Positions 55,538 to 64,000 of a stretch of 64,000 bases of DNA are shown here, piece by piece. The translations under genes were made by a program, and so were the position numbers. The stretch lies in NCBI GenBank assembly GCA_965242925.1, contig CBDEUM010000029.1, positions 320,001-384,000 of the forward strand, written 5' to 3'. The notes beneath the pieces are model-generated. The model was not told where the DNA came from, made no database searches, and saw nothing but the letters and a program-made list of their open reading frames with translations. Source of the stretch: Roseibacillus sp. (lineage in GTDB: Bacteria; Verrucomicrobiota; Verrucomicrobiia; Verrucomicrobiales; Akkermansiaceae). The number at the start of each line of letters is the position of its first letter. Position 1 is the stretch's first letter.

Positions 55538-57991
55538 TCAGTTCCTGACGGAATCCCAATCGGGGAACTCCCGGTGCAGTTGCTTCCGTATCCTGGCAGC
55601 CTCCTCGGACTGGCCGCTCTTCTCGAAGGCTTCAGCGGCGCGGAAGAGGCCCAGCGGTTTGATCTCGCGGTCGTCAACGAACATCCTGGAAGCCTTGAGG
55701 TAGTTGGCAGCGGCCGATTCGTAATCCATGCGGTGCGTGGCAATGTCCGCGAGGGCCATGTAGAGGCCGGCTTGGACGGTGCCGTAGGGTTCAAGATCGA
55801 GGCCTTCCTGGGCGGCTGTCCGGGCCTCTTCCCACTTATTGAGTCCAATCAGGGCATGGCTCTGGTCCAGATAGGAATCGGCTTTCCAGAAGTCTTCCTG
55901 TTTCCGGGTGAGAAGGAGGGCGAGGGCTTCGGAGGCGGCCTCGAATTTCCGGGATTCGAGGCGGGCCTTGGCGAGGTGGCGCCAGACGAGGGTATCGGTC
56001 TGCTCCGGGTCGTCCGGTGTGCTGGCCAGGCCGAGAAAGCGGTCGGCACCCTCGTAGTCGCCCTTGGAGAAGCGCTCCAAGCCGAGCCAGATGAGCATGC
56101 GGGTGGGGAGTTGCTGGTGGGGGGCATCGGCCAGGAGGTGCGCTACACCGTCCTGGAGCTTGTCGGAATCCAGAAGGGAGTAGGCGGCCAGCACGATATT
56201 CACCCCTGCCGGTTCGCGGTAACTTTGGGGGAGGAGGTCACGGGCCGCTTCGAAATGGGGGATGGCCCTGGCCCATTCTTCCTGTTTGTAGCAGCCCCAT
56301 CCCATCCAGTAGTGCGCATCGGCCCTGATCTTGTCGTCGAGATCGCCGTCGGGGATGGTCAGGAGTTTCTGGTAGCTGGCGATCATCTCGGGCCAGCGCT
56401 GCTCGTCCCGGTGGATCCGCCCGCAGTACTGCTGGGCGAAGGAGGCGAGGTTGACCTCGGGCTGGCGCTCTAGAAGGCGTTCAAAGTCCTTGAGGGCCGA
56501 TTTCCGGTCTCCGATCTTGAGGTAGGCGTGGCCCCGTTTGGCAAGCGCCTCGCTCACGCGCGGGTGATCGGGGAAGGTGGCCAGGAAACTGGAGAGATTC
56601 TGGGCGGCCCGTCCGTATTCCCCGGTATCCGCAAGGCACCAGCCGCGTTTGAAGTAGATGTCGGCCCGCATTTCCACCGGCAGGGCAGAGGGATTGACTT
56701 CATTGTAGGCGGCCGCGGCCTGGGTGAGCGCGGCCTGGTGGAAGAGGGTCTCCGCCTTCATGAGGAGGGCCTTGTGCAACCATGGACTACCCAGGTTCTC
56801 CTCGCCGTAGACTTTGACAAAGGCATCCACCTGGGTCGGGATGTTCGCGCCGTTGATCTGATAGAAGCTGCTCAGCCGCCGGTAGCTCGCCTCGAAGCCC
56901 AGCTTCTTGAGGGGTTTCGGTTTCACGCTGATGGCAAGGCGTTCGGAATTGAAGAACTGCCCGATGGCTTCCTTGTGGCGGTCCAGTTTGGCGAGGGCCC
57001 GGCCGGAGACCAGGTAGATGCGGGCGAGGACGTTCCGTTCCCCCAGGTGTTCTCCGGCGCGAAAGGCCTGAATGGTTTTCTCATGGTCCTCCTCCGCAAA
57101 GCGCATTTCCATCAGGGCGAGCTGCGCACGCGCCTTGTACTTGGGGTCCATTCTGATCGAGTCGAGGGTCCGGTTGAGGAAATCCTCAGCCTTGTCCTGC
57201 TGTCCGAGTCTGGCGGCTGAGACCCCGGCGGCGAGGAGCGCCTGGGCCCGTTCCTGGGGCGCGACTGCGGGAGTGAGAAGCAGTTCGAAGTGTTTGAGCG
57301 CTTCCTCATGCTTGCCCTGCCGGGCGTAGAGTTCTCCCATCGCGAGGCGGGCATAATCGCGGTAGGGGTTGGCATTGTCCCCGACGATATCTCCCAGGCG
57401 TTTGATGGCCTGTTCGGCCCGGCCCGCCATTTGCAGACAGCGGGATTCGTAGAAGATGGCCTTGTGAGCCAGTTCCTTGTCGATGGCCTCCTTGCCGGCG
57501 ATGGTGAAGTAGGGGACAGCCTGCACCCATTCCTGTCGGTTGTAGAGCTGGGCGGCCTGCCGGTAGGCAGAGAGAGCCACCCATTTTCCATTCTTGTAGC
57601 GGCTGATGATGGCGGTGAAGGTGCGCTCCGCAGCCTCTCGGTTCCCGGTCAGGAGGAGCGCCATGCCAAGTTGATAGCTGGCCTGTTGCGCGAGATCCCC
57701 CCCGGGACCGGTGGCAAGATATTCGCGGAAGAGGGGAATGGACATCTGGTAGGCCCGCCGCTTGTCGTCGATGCCCCGGCTGTCGTTGCCGTAGTCGTAG
57801 TAGCGCTTGGCGCGATGGTAGAGTTCCGAGCTGCTGCCGAAGGGTTTTATGAGCCCCGGAGCCTGCCCGGAGGCAGTCCCGATGCCGGTCATCAATGCCA
57901 GGGCCGCCAGCAGCGGCCACTTAGCAGCATGGTTCAAAACTTGCACAGCGAAGCTGAGGGGATTCTTGCCATGGCGGCCGGGAATGTTCAA
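55538..57991 (-). CDS. Large periplasmic TPR-repeat protein
   Basis: Signal-like hydrophobic segment followed by TPR helix pairs throughout. The start overlaps the upstream gene's stop. Confidence 0.85.
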   Translation of the reverse strand: MNIPGRHGKNPLSFAVQVLNHAAKWPLLAALALMTGIGTASGQAPGLIKPFGSSSELYHRAKRYYDYGNDSRGIDDKRRAYQMSIPLFREYLATGPGGDLAQQASYQLGMALLLTGNREAAERTFTAIISRYKNGKWVALSAYRQAAQLYNRQEWVQAVPYFTIAGKEAIDKELAHKAIFYESRCLQMAGRAEQAIKRLGDIVGDNANPYRDYARLAMGELYARQGKHEEALKHFELLLTPAVAPQERAQALLAAGVSAARLGQQDKAEDFLNRTLDSIRMDPKYKARAQLALMEMRFAEEDHEKTIQAFRAGEHLGERNVLARIYLVSGRALAKLDRHKEAIGQFFNSERLAISVKPKPLKKLGFEASYRRLSSFYQINGANIPTQVDAFVKVYGEENLGSPWLHKALLMKAETLFHQAALTQAAAAYNEVNPSALPVEMRADIYFKRGWCLADTGEYGRAAQNLSSFLATFPDHPRVSEALAKRGHAYLKIGDRKSALKDFERLLERQPEVNLASFAQQYCGRIHRDEQRWPEMIASYQKLLTIPDGDLDDKIRADAHYWMGWGCYKQEEWARAIPHFEAARDLLPQSYREPAGVNIVLAAYSLLDSDKLQDGVAHLLADAPHQQLPTRMLIWLGLERFSKGDYEGADRFLGLASTPDDPEQTDTLVWRHLAKARLESRKFEAASEALALLLTRKQEDFWKADSYLDQSHALIGLNKWEEARTAAQEGLDLEPYGTVQAGLYMALADIATHRMDYESAAANYLKASRMFVDDREIKPLGLFRAAEAFEKSGQSEEAARIRKQLHREFPDWDSVRN

Positions 57992-60447
57992 TCACGGGAA
58001 GGAGGCTTAGTGGCGTTCCTGAGCTCCTGAAGGCGCTCCCGGTAGCGCTTGGCAGCCCGGCGGGATCCCTCGGTGTCCCTGAAATCGAGAGCACGGATGG
58101 CTCCTTGGAGTGCCTTTTCGGCAATGATCGGATCCTTGCTGTAGAGTTCGACCACGGGCACGTAGGATTGAGCCGCGGTGTGGGGGTCGCCCTGCGCCAT
58201 TGCGATATCGCCCAGCTGGAGTCGCGCCCTGGAATTGAGGCTACCCTGAGGCTTCAGAGAGAGGCAGTCCTCGGTATCCTTGTGGGCCCGCTCAGTGTCC
58301 TTGAGGGCCAGATGGGCCCGTCCCAGGAAGAAATGGGTTTCCGCCCTGCGGTACTGGTTGTCCTCAACCTGGAGGACGATCTCCAGTGGGCGGAGGGCCG
58401 CCTCGTAGGCGCCCGCCTCAAGAGCACTGCGGCCGGCGGCACGCCAGATCAACACTTTTGTTTCGGTGGGCTTGTCGGGAGTAATGGCGTGGCTCAGGTA
58501 GGTCCAGGCATCGGCGTAGAGCTCGTCCTTGTAGTAGGCATTGCCCAGCCAGGCGAAGACGGGACGGGGGACCTTCTCGTCCCGGTAGGTTTCCAGGAGG
58601 GTATCCAGCTCCTTTCGCAGTTCCTCCCGTTGCTGAAGGTGGTAATGGGCGAGGGCAAGGTGCAGGGTGGAGGTGCGTCCGAGGGCGCTTGCGTCGGCCG
58701 TGCGGGCCTGCTGGAAGGGGGTAATGCAATCCGCGAACTTGTTCTGTCGGTAGAGGGCCCAGCCGCGCCAGAACTCGGAGGTGGCCTTCTTGGAGGTCTC
58801 GCGTCGGGGAAAGTCGGTGAGGAGCCGGGCATGACAGTCAGCGAATTTATCCAGGTTTTCGAGGCGGACCTTCTCGTCCCCGGTGGTATCGATGACCTCC
58901 TTGTAGAGGATGGCCTTCTGTGCCCAGGCGTATTCTTTCAGGGTGGGCTTACTGGTCTGCCTGATGAGCCGGTCGAATTCGAGGTGAGCCTGGGCGGAGT
59001 TCTTGAGTTCCAGGAAGATCTCGGCCCGGTTCACGATCGCGTTGTTCACCTGCGGATGGTTTGAATGCTTTTCGATGAAGTTGTTGAAGGAGGCGAGAGC
59101 CCTCTGCTGGTCTCCCGCCTTGAGCTGGGCATTGGCCAGGCGGTAGCGCAGTCCGGCATGATTCCCGGTGGCAATGTGCTGGAGATCGATGGCGGCGTAG
59201 GCCCGGGCCGCCAGTTCGTAACGGGTGGACTGGTGGTAGCTCTCGGCCAGCATGAGACGGGCATTATGGATGCGGGCGTCATCGGGGTGCTCCTTCTCAA
59301 ATCTCTTGAGGAACTCCCCGGCCTGCTGGATCAGGTTGCGGCTGCCGGTCTTGTAATCGCGCGAGAGGACCAGATAGCTGGCCTCCAGGGCAGTCATGTT
59401 GTCGGGAGCGATCCTGGCGAGTTCTTTGAAGAGGGTGGTTGCCTGCTCCTCCTGTCCAAGTGCTTCGTAGGACGTGGCTGCAATCTGCAATCGCCGGCTC
59501 AGGGGCTCCTTGTCCAGCGGGTAGTCGCCGCGCTTAAAGTAGTTGATCACGTCCTGGTGCCTGCTGGCGAGGGAGGCTTCGCTCATCAGGGAGAGCTGGG
59601 CTTCCCCCTGCCACTGTTCCAGTCCCGGAGTGATGAGGATCTGCTCGAAATATGTTCGCGCGAAATCCTTCTTGCCGAGTTTACGTGCAATCTGGGCGCA
59701 TTGCAGGATGGCATCGGCCCGGGTGGTGTTGTCCTGGGACTTGGCCAGGTGCATGAAATGCGCGAGGGCCTCCTCTTCCATGTCGGCCTTGGCGTAGTAG
59801 TGGGCCAGGACGCGTTCGGCCTGGATCTTGAAAGGCGATCCTGCATCCGCCAGGATGTCCTTGAGAGCCGCAATGGCCTCCTTTCTCTTTCCCAGTTTCT
59901 CAAAACAGAGAGCCCTGCTGTAAAGCGCCCGGTGGCGGTAATCTGCGTTATCTGTTTCAGCCGCTGCAATCCGGAAGAAGGGTTCGGCCTCGGCGAACCC
60001 CTTTGCCTGATAGTGTTCGAAGGCCAGTTGGTAAGCTGCCGCTCCCACCAACACACCCTTCTCGTGGACGTTGACCACCTCCGCCAGACATTCCCGGAAG
60101 CCCTTCATGTCGCCCACTTTCCGGTGGCAGATGGCCTTGTAGTATCGTGCCTTGATGGCATTAGGGTGGGCCGGAAACCTGGCGTGGAAGCGGTCGAACT
60201 GCCGGATGGCGGCGAGATAGGTCTCCTTCATGCGCTGGGCATCCTTCACTTCGCCAGCTTCCCGGTAGGAGTGGAGGGCCAGTTGAAAAAGATCGTTGGC
60301 GGGGTCCGCCCGCAGCGGCTTGTCTGCGGGGGCAGGGGCACCTTGCTCCGGCGGATTTTCCCCCTGGGTCCACGCGTGGCCTGAAAGCCCGAGCGTGACA
60401 GCCAGCGCCGCCCCCAGCGTCACTGGCAGGTTGTCGTGAATCCCCAT
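57988..60447 (-). CDS. Large periplasmic TPR-repeat protein
   Basis: Signal peptide and TPR repeats throughout; similar size and layout to the neighbouring TPR gene. Confidence 0.85.
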   Translation of the reverse strand: MGIHDNLPVTLGAALAVTLGLSGHAWTQGENPPEQGAPAPADKPLRADPANDLFQLALHSYREAGEVKDAQRMKETYLAAIRQFDRFHARFPAHPNAIKARYYKAICHRKVGDMKGFRECLAEVVNVHEKGVLVGAAAYQLAFEHYQAKGFAEAEPFFRIAAAETDNADYRHRALYSRALCFEKLGKRKEAIAALKDILADAGSPFKIQAERVLAHYYAKADMEEEALAHFMHLAKSQDNTTRADAILQCAQIARKLGKKDFARTYFEQILITPGLEQWQGEAQLSLMSEASLASRHQDVINYFKRGDYPLDKEPLSRRLQIAATSYEALGQEEQATTLFKELARIAPDNMTALEASYLVLSRDYKTGSRNLIQQAGEFLKRFEKEHPDDARIHNARLMLAESYHQSTRYELAARAYAAIDLQHIATGNHAGLRYRLANAQLKAGDQQRALASFNNFIEKHSNHPQVNNAIVNRAEIFLELKNSAQAHLEFDRLIRQTSKPTLKEYAWAQKAILYKEVIDTTGDEKVRLENLDKFADCHARLLTDFPRRETSKKATSEFWRGWALYRQNKFADCITPFQQARTADASALGRTSTLHLALAHYHLQQREELRKELDTLLETYRDEKVPRPVFAWLGNAYYKDELYADAWTYLSHAITPDKPTETKVLIWRAAGRSALEAGAYEAALRPLEIVLQVEDNQYRRAETHFFLGRAHLALKDTERAHKDTEDCLSLKPQGSLNSRARLQLGDIAMAQGDPHTAAQSYVPVVELYSKDPIIAEKALQGAIRALDFRDTEGSRRAAKRYRERLQELRNATKPPSRD

Positions 60448-60542
60448 TCCTAGGGTCTAGATTACCCTACAATCGTCAAAGGTCGCGGGAAAAAATGCTG
60501 ATTTTTAAGCACTAAATGCTCCTGAGCGGCCCATCCACAAGG

Positions 60543-60953
60543 TCATTTCGGCTTGCGGGTGGCGAAGGAGATATTCCAGATCCCCGCCTGCTGGCAGATG
60601 TCGATTACTTCCATCAGCGTCTGGTAGGAGATGTCCCCGTCGCCCCGCAGGCGCACCGGTTGGTTCTGGTGGACGTCAACGATAGCGCGCAGTTTGGCAA
60701 GGAGCTGGTTCTCGGTAAGGGTTTCGCCATTGATAACAAGCTCGCCCCCCTGGCGGATGTTCACGTTGATCTCGCTGATGGCACGGGTTTCCTCCTTGCC
60801 CTGGCTTGAGGTGGGAACCTTGACCTTGCTGTCCTGCTCCGAGCGCGAGAATTGCCAGGTGACCAGGAAGAAGATCAGGAGGAGGAAGACGATGTCGATC
60901 ATGGGCGCCAGCTGAATGACGCTTTCGGGAGGCTTCGGGGACTTGAATTTCAT
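60543..60953 (-). CDS. exbD: ExbD/TolR family motor subunit
   Basis: APMIDIVFLLLIFFLV (conserved TM Asp), V.LRGD....Y..LMEVID.C..AG...ISFAT. Confidence 0.93.
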   Translation of the reverse strand: MKFKSPKPPESVIQLAPMIDIVFLLLIFFLVTWQFSRSEQDSKVKVPTSSQGKEETRAISEINVNIRQGGELVINGETLTENQLLAKLRAIVDVHQNQPVRLRGDGDISYQTLMEVIDICQQAGIWNISFATRKPK

Positions 60954-60974
60954 CCTGCGTCGCTCCTTTCGTGA

Positions 60975-61817
60975 TCAGGCGCCGGGGACATCGGCTTGAC
61001 TGGCTCGCGAGGGTGCCGGCCGCTGGCTGCGGGGCACTTTGTAACCGTCCGCCGGATCGGGAGGCAGGGTCTGGTTCTCAGGCTGGTAACGTCCCGACTG
61101 CTGGAATTGAGAACCGAGAAGAGCGAGCAGGTGGGTGGCAGCGGTCTCCAGTTCCGAGAGGGAACGCTGCACCCGACCGCGGAACACGGAGTAAAAGATC
61201 ATGGCAACGATGCCAATAGTCAGCCCGCTGGCGGTGGTTACCAGGGCTTCAGCCACCCCACCCGCCAGTTTCATCTGGCGCACCACTTCCACGTTGCCGG
61301 TATTAATCTCGAGGAAAGCACGGATCATCCCCAGCACCGTTCCGAGCAGGCCCACCATGGGGGCAATTGCCCCTATGTCTGCCAGGTAGCTGATACGCTG
61401 GTTGAGCATGCTCGATTGCCGCGAGCCCTCCGCCTCCGCCACCTCGCGGATCTCAGTGAATTTTGCTTCCGAGTTCTTGGTGGCAAAATCGAGGGTCTTC
61501 TGCGTAATGCGTGCTATGCACTCGCCCCGCCGATGCGCGTAGCCCACCAGCCCGAGGTAGTCCCGCTTGCGGATGAGACTCTCGGCCACCCGCATGAAGC
61601 GGTCACTCACCACCGTGGCGCGGCGAATAGTGATGAAGAAGAGGAGGATGAGAACCACTGTCGCGATAGAGAGGGCCCCGAGTGGCCACATCATGATGCC
61701 GCCCTCCCGGATGATTTCCAGCAGGTTGACCTTGGTCGTATTTTCCGACGTTTCCGCCCCAAGGGCGGCGCCTGTAATGGCCAGCAAGGCCAGTGCGGAG
61801 AGCAAAAGGCGATTCAT
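60975..61817 (-). CDS. exbB: ExbB/TolQ/MotA family proton-channel subunit
   Basis: GGIMMWPL, IAPMVGLLGTVLGMI.AF, LAGGVAEALVTTASGL. Confidence 0.92.
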   Translation of the reverse strand: MNRLLLSALALLAITGAALGAETSENTTKVNLLEIIREGGIMMWPLGALSIATVVLILLFFITIRRATVVSDRFMRVAESLIRKRDYLGLVGYAHRRGECIARITQKTLDFATKNSEAKFTEIREVAEAEGSRQSSMLNQRISYLADIGAIAPMVGLLGTVLGMIRAFLEINTGNVEVVRQMKLAGGVAEALVTTASGLTIGIVAMIFYSVFRGRVQRSLSELETAATHLLALLGSQFQQSGRYQPENQTLPPDPADGYKVPRSQRPAPSRASQADVPGA

Positions 61818-62024
61818 GAACTGTGGGAAGTGTAACCCTTGTTTGAGAACGTTCAAGCACCGGAGCCGTAGCCCGGATTCCAAATTAATGCCTCAAATCG
61901 GGCATGGGCCGGCCTTCCTCTGTCAAGGTGCCCGTAATTCTTTTTGTGGAGCACAACTACTTCTGGGAGCCCACAGGTCGCCTCTTTCCGTCCTCGGTCC
62001 CATGCGTTAAAATTTCGTCCAGAG

Positions 62025-63581
62025 ATGACAGAGCGTCCTGACTTGAGATCCCGTCTGGGGGAGATTCCGCACCAGCCGGGAGTCTATCTCATGCTCGATC
62101 GCCTTGGCTCGGTGATTTACGTGGGGAAGGCCCGCGACCTGCGAAAGCGCCTGGCCAGCTATTTCATGCCTTCGCGTAAGCAGCAGGCCGACCTCAAGAC
62201 ACGGGCTCTCCTCGAGGCGATCTGGGATTTTGAGATCCACCTCGTACGCAACGAGCAGGAAGCGCTCCTCCTTGAGGGCAAGCTCATCAAGCAGTACCGC
62301 CCGCGTTATAATGTGAGCTTTCGGGACGACAAACGCTTCCTCCTGGCCAAGATCAATCCAGGCGATCTCTGGCCACGCTTCGTCCTCACCCGCCTCAGAA
62401 AGGATGATGGCGCGCGCTACTTCGGCCCCTTTGCTCACTCGGGGGCGTTGCGCGGAACGATTGCGTGGCTCAACAAGGAGTTCGGTCTTCGCAGTTGTCG
62501 TGCCAGAGAACCTGGAGAAAAGGATTACAAGCACTGCAGCGCGGATGTGATCCGCAACTGCACCGCTCCCTGCATCGGCAAGATCACGCGCGAGGCCTAT
62601 CTTGAGCAGGTCGACCAGGCCAGCGCGTTACTGGAAGGGAAGGGGCGGCGCGGACGCCTCAAGTCGCTGCATGAGGAAATGGAGAAGGCATCGACGCGCA
62701 TGGACTTTGAACGGGCGGGCCGCCTGCGGGACATCGTGCAGAATCTCGAACGCACCCTTAATCCAACCCGGCAGTTCTCCCGTGGCCGGGGCGTGCCCAC
62801 CACCGTGAAGCCTCTCGACGATCTCACCGAGTTGGCCGATCTTCTGCAGCTTCCCGCGCCGCCCACCACCATGGAGTGTTTCGACATCTCGAATGTGAGC
62901 AGCAACCACAACGTGGCCTCCATGGTGCGATTCGTAGATGGCGTGCCCGACAACCAGAACTACCGCCGCTATCGCATCAGGACAGTGGAGGGACAGGATG
63001 ACTTTGCCAGCATGGCGGAAGTCATCCGGCGTCGCTACGCGCGCATCCTGAAGGAAGGTGCGACGGTCAATCCAGATGCAGGGGACAGCCAGGAGAGTGT
63101 GGTCGAGACGATGCGCCGTCTCGCGCAGGAGGGTCGGGCACCCATCACCCTGCCCGATCTCGTCATCGTGGATGGCGGGAAGGGCCAGCTCAGTTCGGCG
63201 ACCGGCGAGTTGCAGCGTCTCGGACTGCACGAACTGCCCATTATCGGGCTGGCCAAGAAACGGGAGGAGATCTTTCGCCCGGGAGAGAGCGATCCCCTCA
63301 TCCTGAGCCACGATACCGGCGCTCTCAAACTTCTCCAGAGGATTCGGGACGAGGCCCACCGCTGCGCCAACAACTACAATGAGCTCCTCCTCCGCAAGCG
63401 CATGAAGGAGTCCCTCCTCGACGACTGCCCCGGGGTTTCCCCGAAACGCAAGGCCGCCCTTCTCTCCAGGTTTGGTTCAGTGGATCGCATCCGCAGGAAG
63501 AGCGCGGAAGAGATTGCGGAAATCCCCGGTATTTCGGTGCGTTCGGCGGAGGCCATGCTGCAGTGGCTGAACCGGGAGTGA
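62025..63581 (+). CDS. uvrC: Excinuclease ABC subunit C
   Basis: GIY-YIG (PGVYLM..IYVGKA..LRKRL.SYF), a four-Cys cluster, UVR motif, ECFDISN, DDFASM, DGGKGQL, RDEAHR and C-terminal HhH. Confidence 0.96.
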   Translation: MTERPDLRSRLGEIPHQPGVYLMLDRLGSVIYVGKARDLRKRLASYFMPSRKQQADLKTRALLEAIWDFEIHLVRNEQEALLLEGKLIKQYRPRYNVSFRDDKRFLLAKINPGDLWPRFVLTRLRKDDGARYFGPFAHSGALRGTIAWLNKEFGLRSCRAREPGEKDYKHCSADVIRNCTAPCIGKITREAYLEQVDQASALLEGKGRRGRLKSLHEEMEKASTRMDFERAGRLRDIVQNLERTLNPTRQFSRGRGVPTTVKPLDDLTELADLLQLPAPPTTMECFDISNVSSNHNVASMVRFVDGVPDNQNYRRYRIRTVEGQDDFASMAEVIRRRYARILKEGATVNPDAGDSQESVVETMRRLAQEGRAPITLPDLVIVDGGKGQLSSATGELQRLGLHELPIIGLAKKREEIFRPGESDPLILSHDTGALKLLQRIRDEAHRCANNYNELLLRKRMKESLLDDCPGVSPKRKAALLSRFGSVDRIRRKSAEEIAEIPGISVRSAEAMLQWLNRE

Positions 63582-63668
63582 GAAGGCGGGATCCACTTTG
63601 GAACGCTGAATCCGGATGCGCTCCAGGCATCCTGCTGGATACCGTGGTGGAGTCACGTTCGGGAGGGT

Positions 63669-64000
63669 TCAATTGGCGGGGCTCGCGAAATCCAGCGCGC
63701 GTCGCTTCATCAGCGTGACCATCAGGTTCAGGGCGTTGGCTCGGGTGGGGGCCAGATGCTCCTTGAGGCCGGTATTCTCCATGAAGGAGAAATCGGCGGT
63801 CAGAATGCTGTCTGGTGATTCGCCATTCAGAAGGAGGATGAAGAGGGCGATCATCCCCTTGGTTATCTGCGAATCGGAATCAGCGACGTAATGCACCACT
63901 CCATTTTCGAGGCGGGCGTCCAGCCAGACCTGGGACTGGCAGCCTTCGATGAGCTTGTCATCGGTCTTCTGGTCTGCGGGCATCTCAGGAAGTTTGCGAC
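63669..64000 (-). CDS. sufE: SufE family Fe-S sulfur-transfer protein (5' end outside the window)
   Basis: IEGCQSQVWL, ADSDS.I.KG, GL..HL.PTRAN.L. Confidence 0.93.
   Translation of the reverse strand, partial: RKLPEMPADQKTDDKLIEGCQSQVWLDARLENGVVHYVADSDSQITKGMIALFILLLNGESPDSILTADFSFMENTGLKEHLAPTRANALNLMVTLMKRRALDFASPAN

Overview
High-GC bacterial chromosome segment. The gene content points to Verrucomicrobiota/PVC (inference): sulfatases, DUF1080, PQQ-like propellers, DUF1592+DUF1552 and DUF1549/1553+DUF1501 modules, and W..DP..A..W helical repeats. The left ~44.5 kb is mostly exported carbohydrate, sulfate and redox accessory genes, plus efp and a 2276-aa mosaic surface protein followed by a 22-unit 7-bp tandem repeat. 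At 44.7-46.7 kb, convergent tRNA-Glu(TTC) and tRNA-Leu(TAG) genes enclose a complete IS3-family element with no target duplication, a truncated integrase N-terminus and arm-site-like repeats, which looks like a collapsed island or a misjoin. The right part is core-like: MidA-type methyltransferase, class A PBP, NhaP antiporter, K+-dependent membrane PPase, an exbB-exbD-TPR-TPR operon, uvrC and sufE. Strongest leads: (1) a class A PBP with an intact transglycosylase but degenerate transpeptidase motifs; (2) a recurrent C-terminal sorting-like domain (S.DL..W...F.RL.V) seen three times; (3) an insert domain shared in circularly permuted order by two different PVC cytochrome-domain proteins; (4) an ExbBD motor with two giant TPR proteins and no TonB/TolA; (5) phased heptamer tracts after stop codons. 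Two genes carry frameshifts that look like homopolymer sequencing errors. All family calls come from motif recognition by eye; no searches were run.
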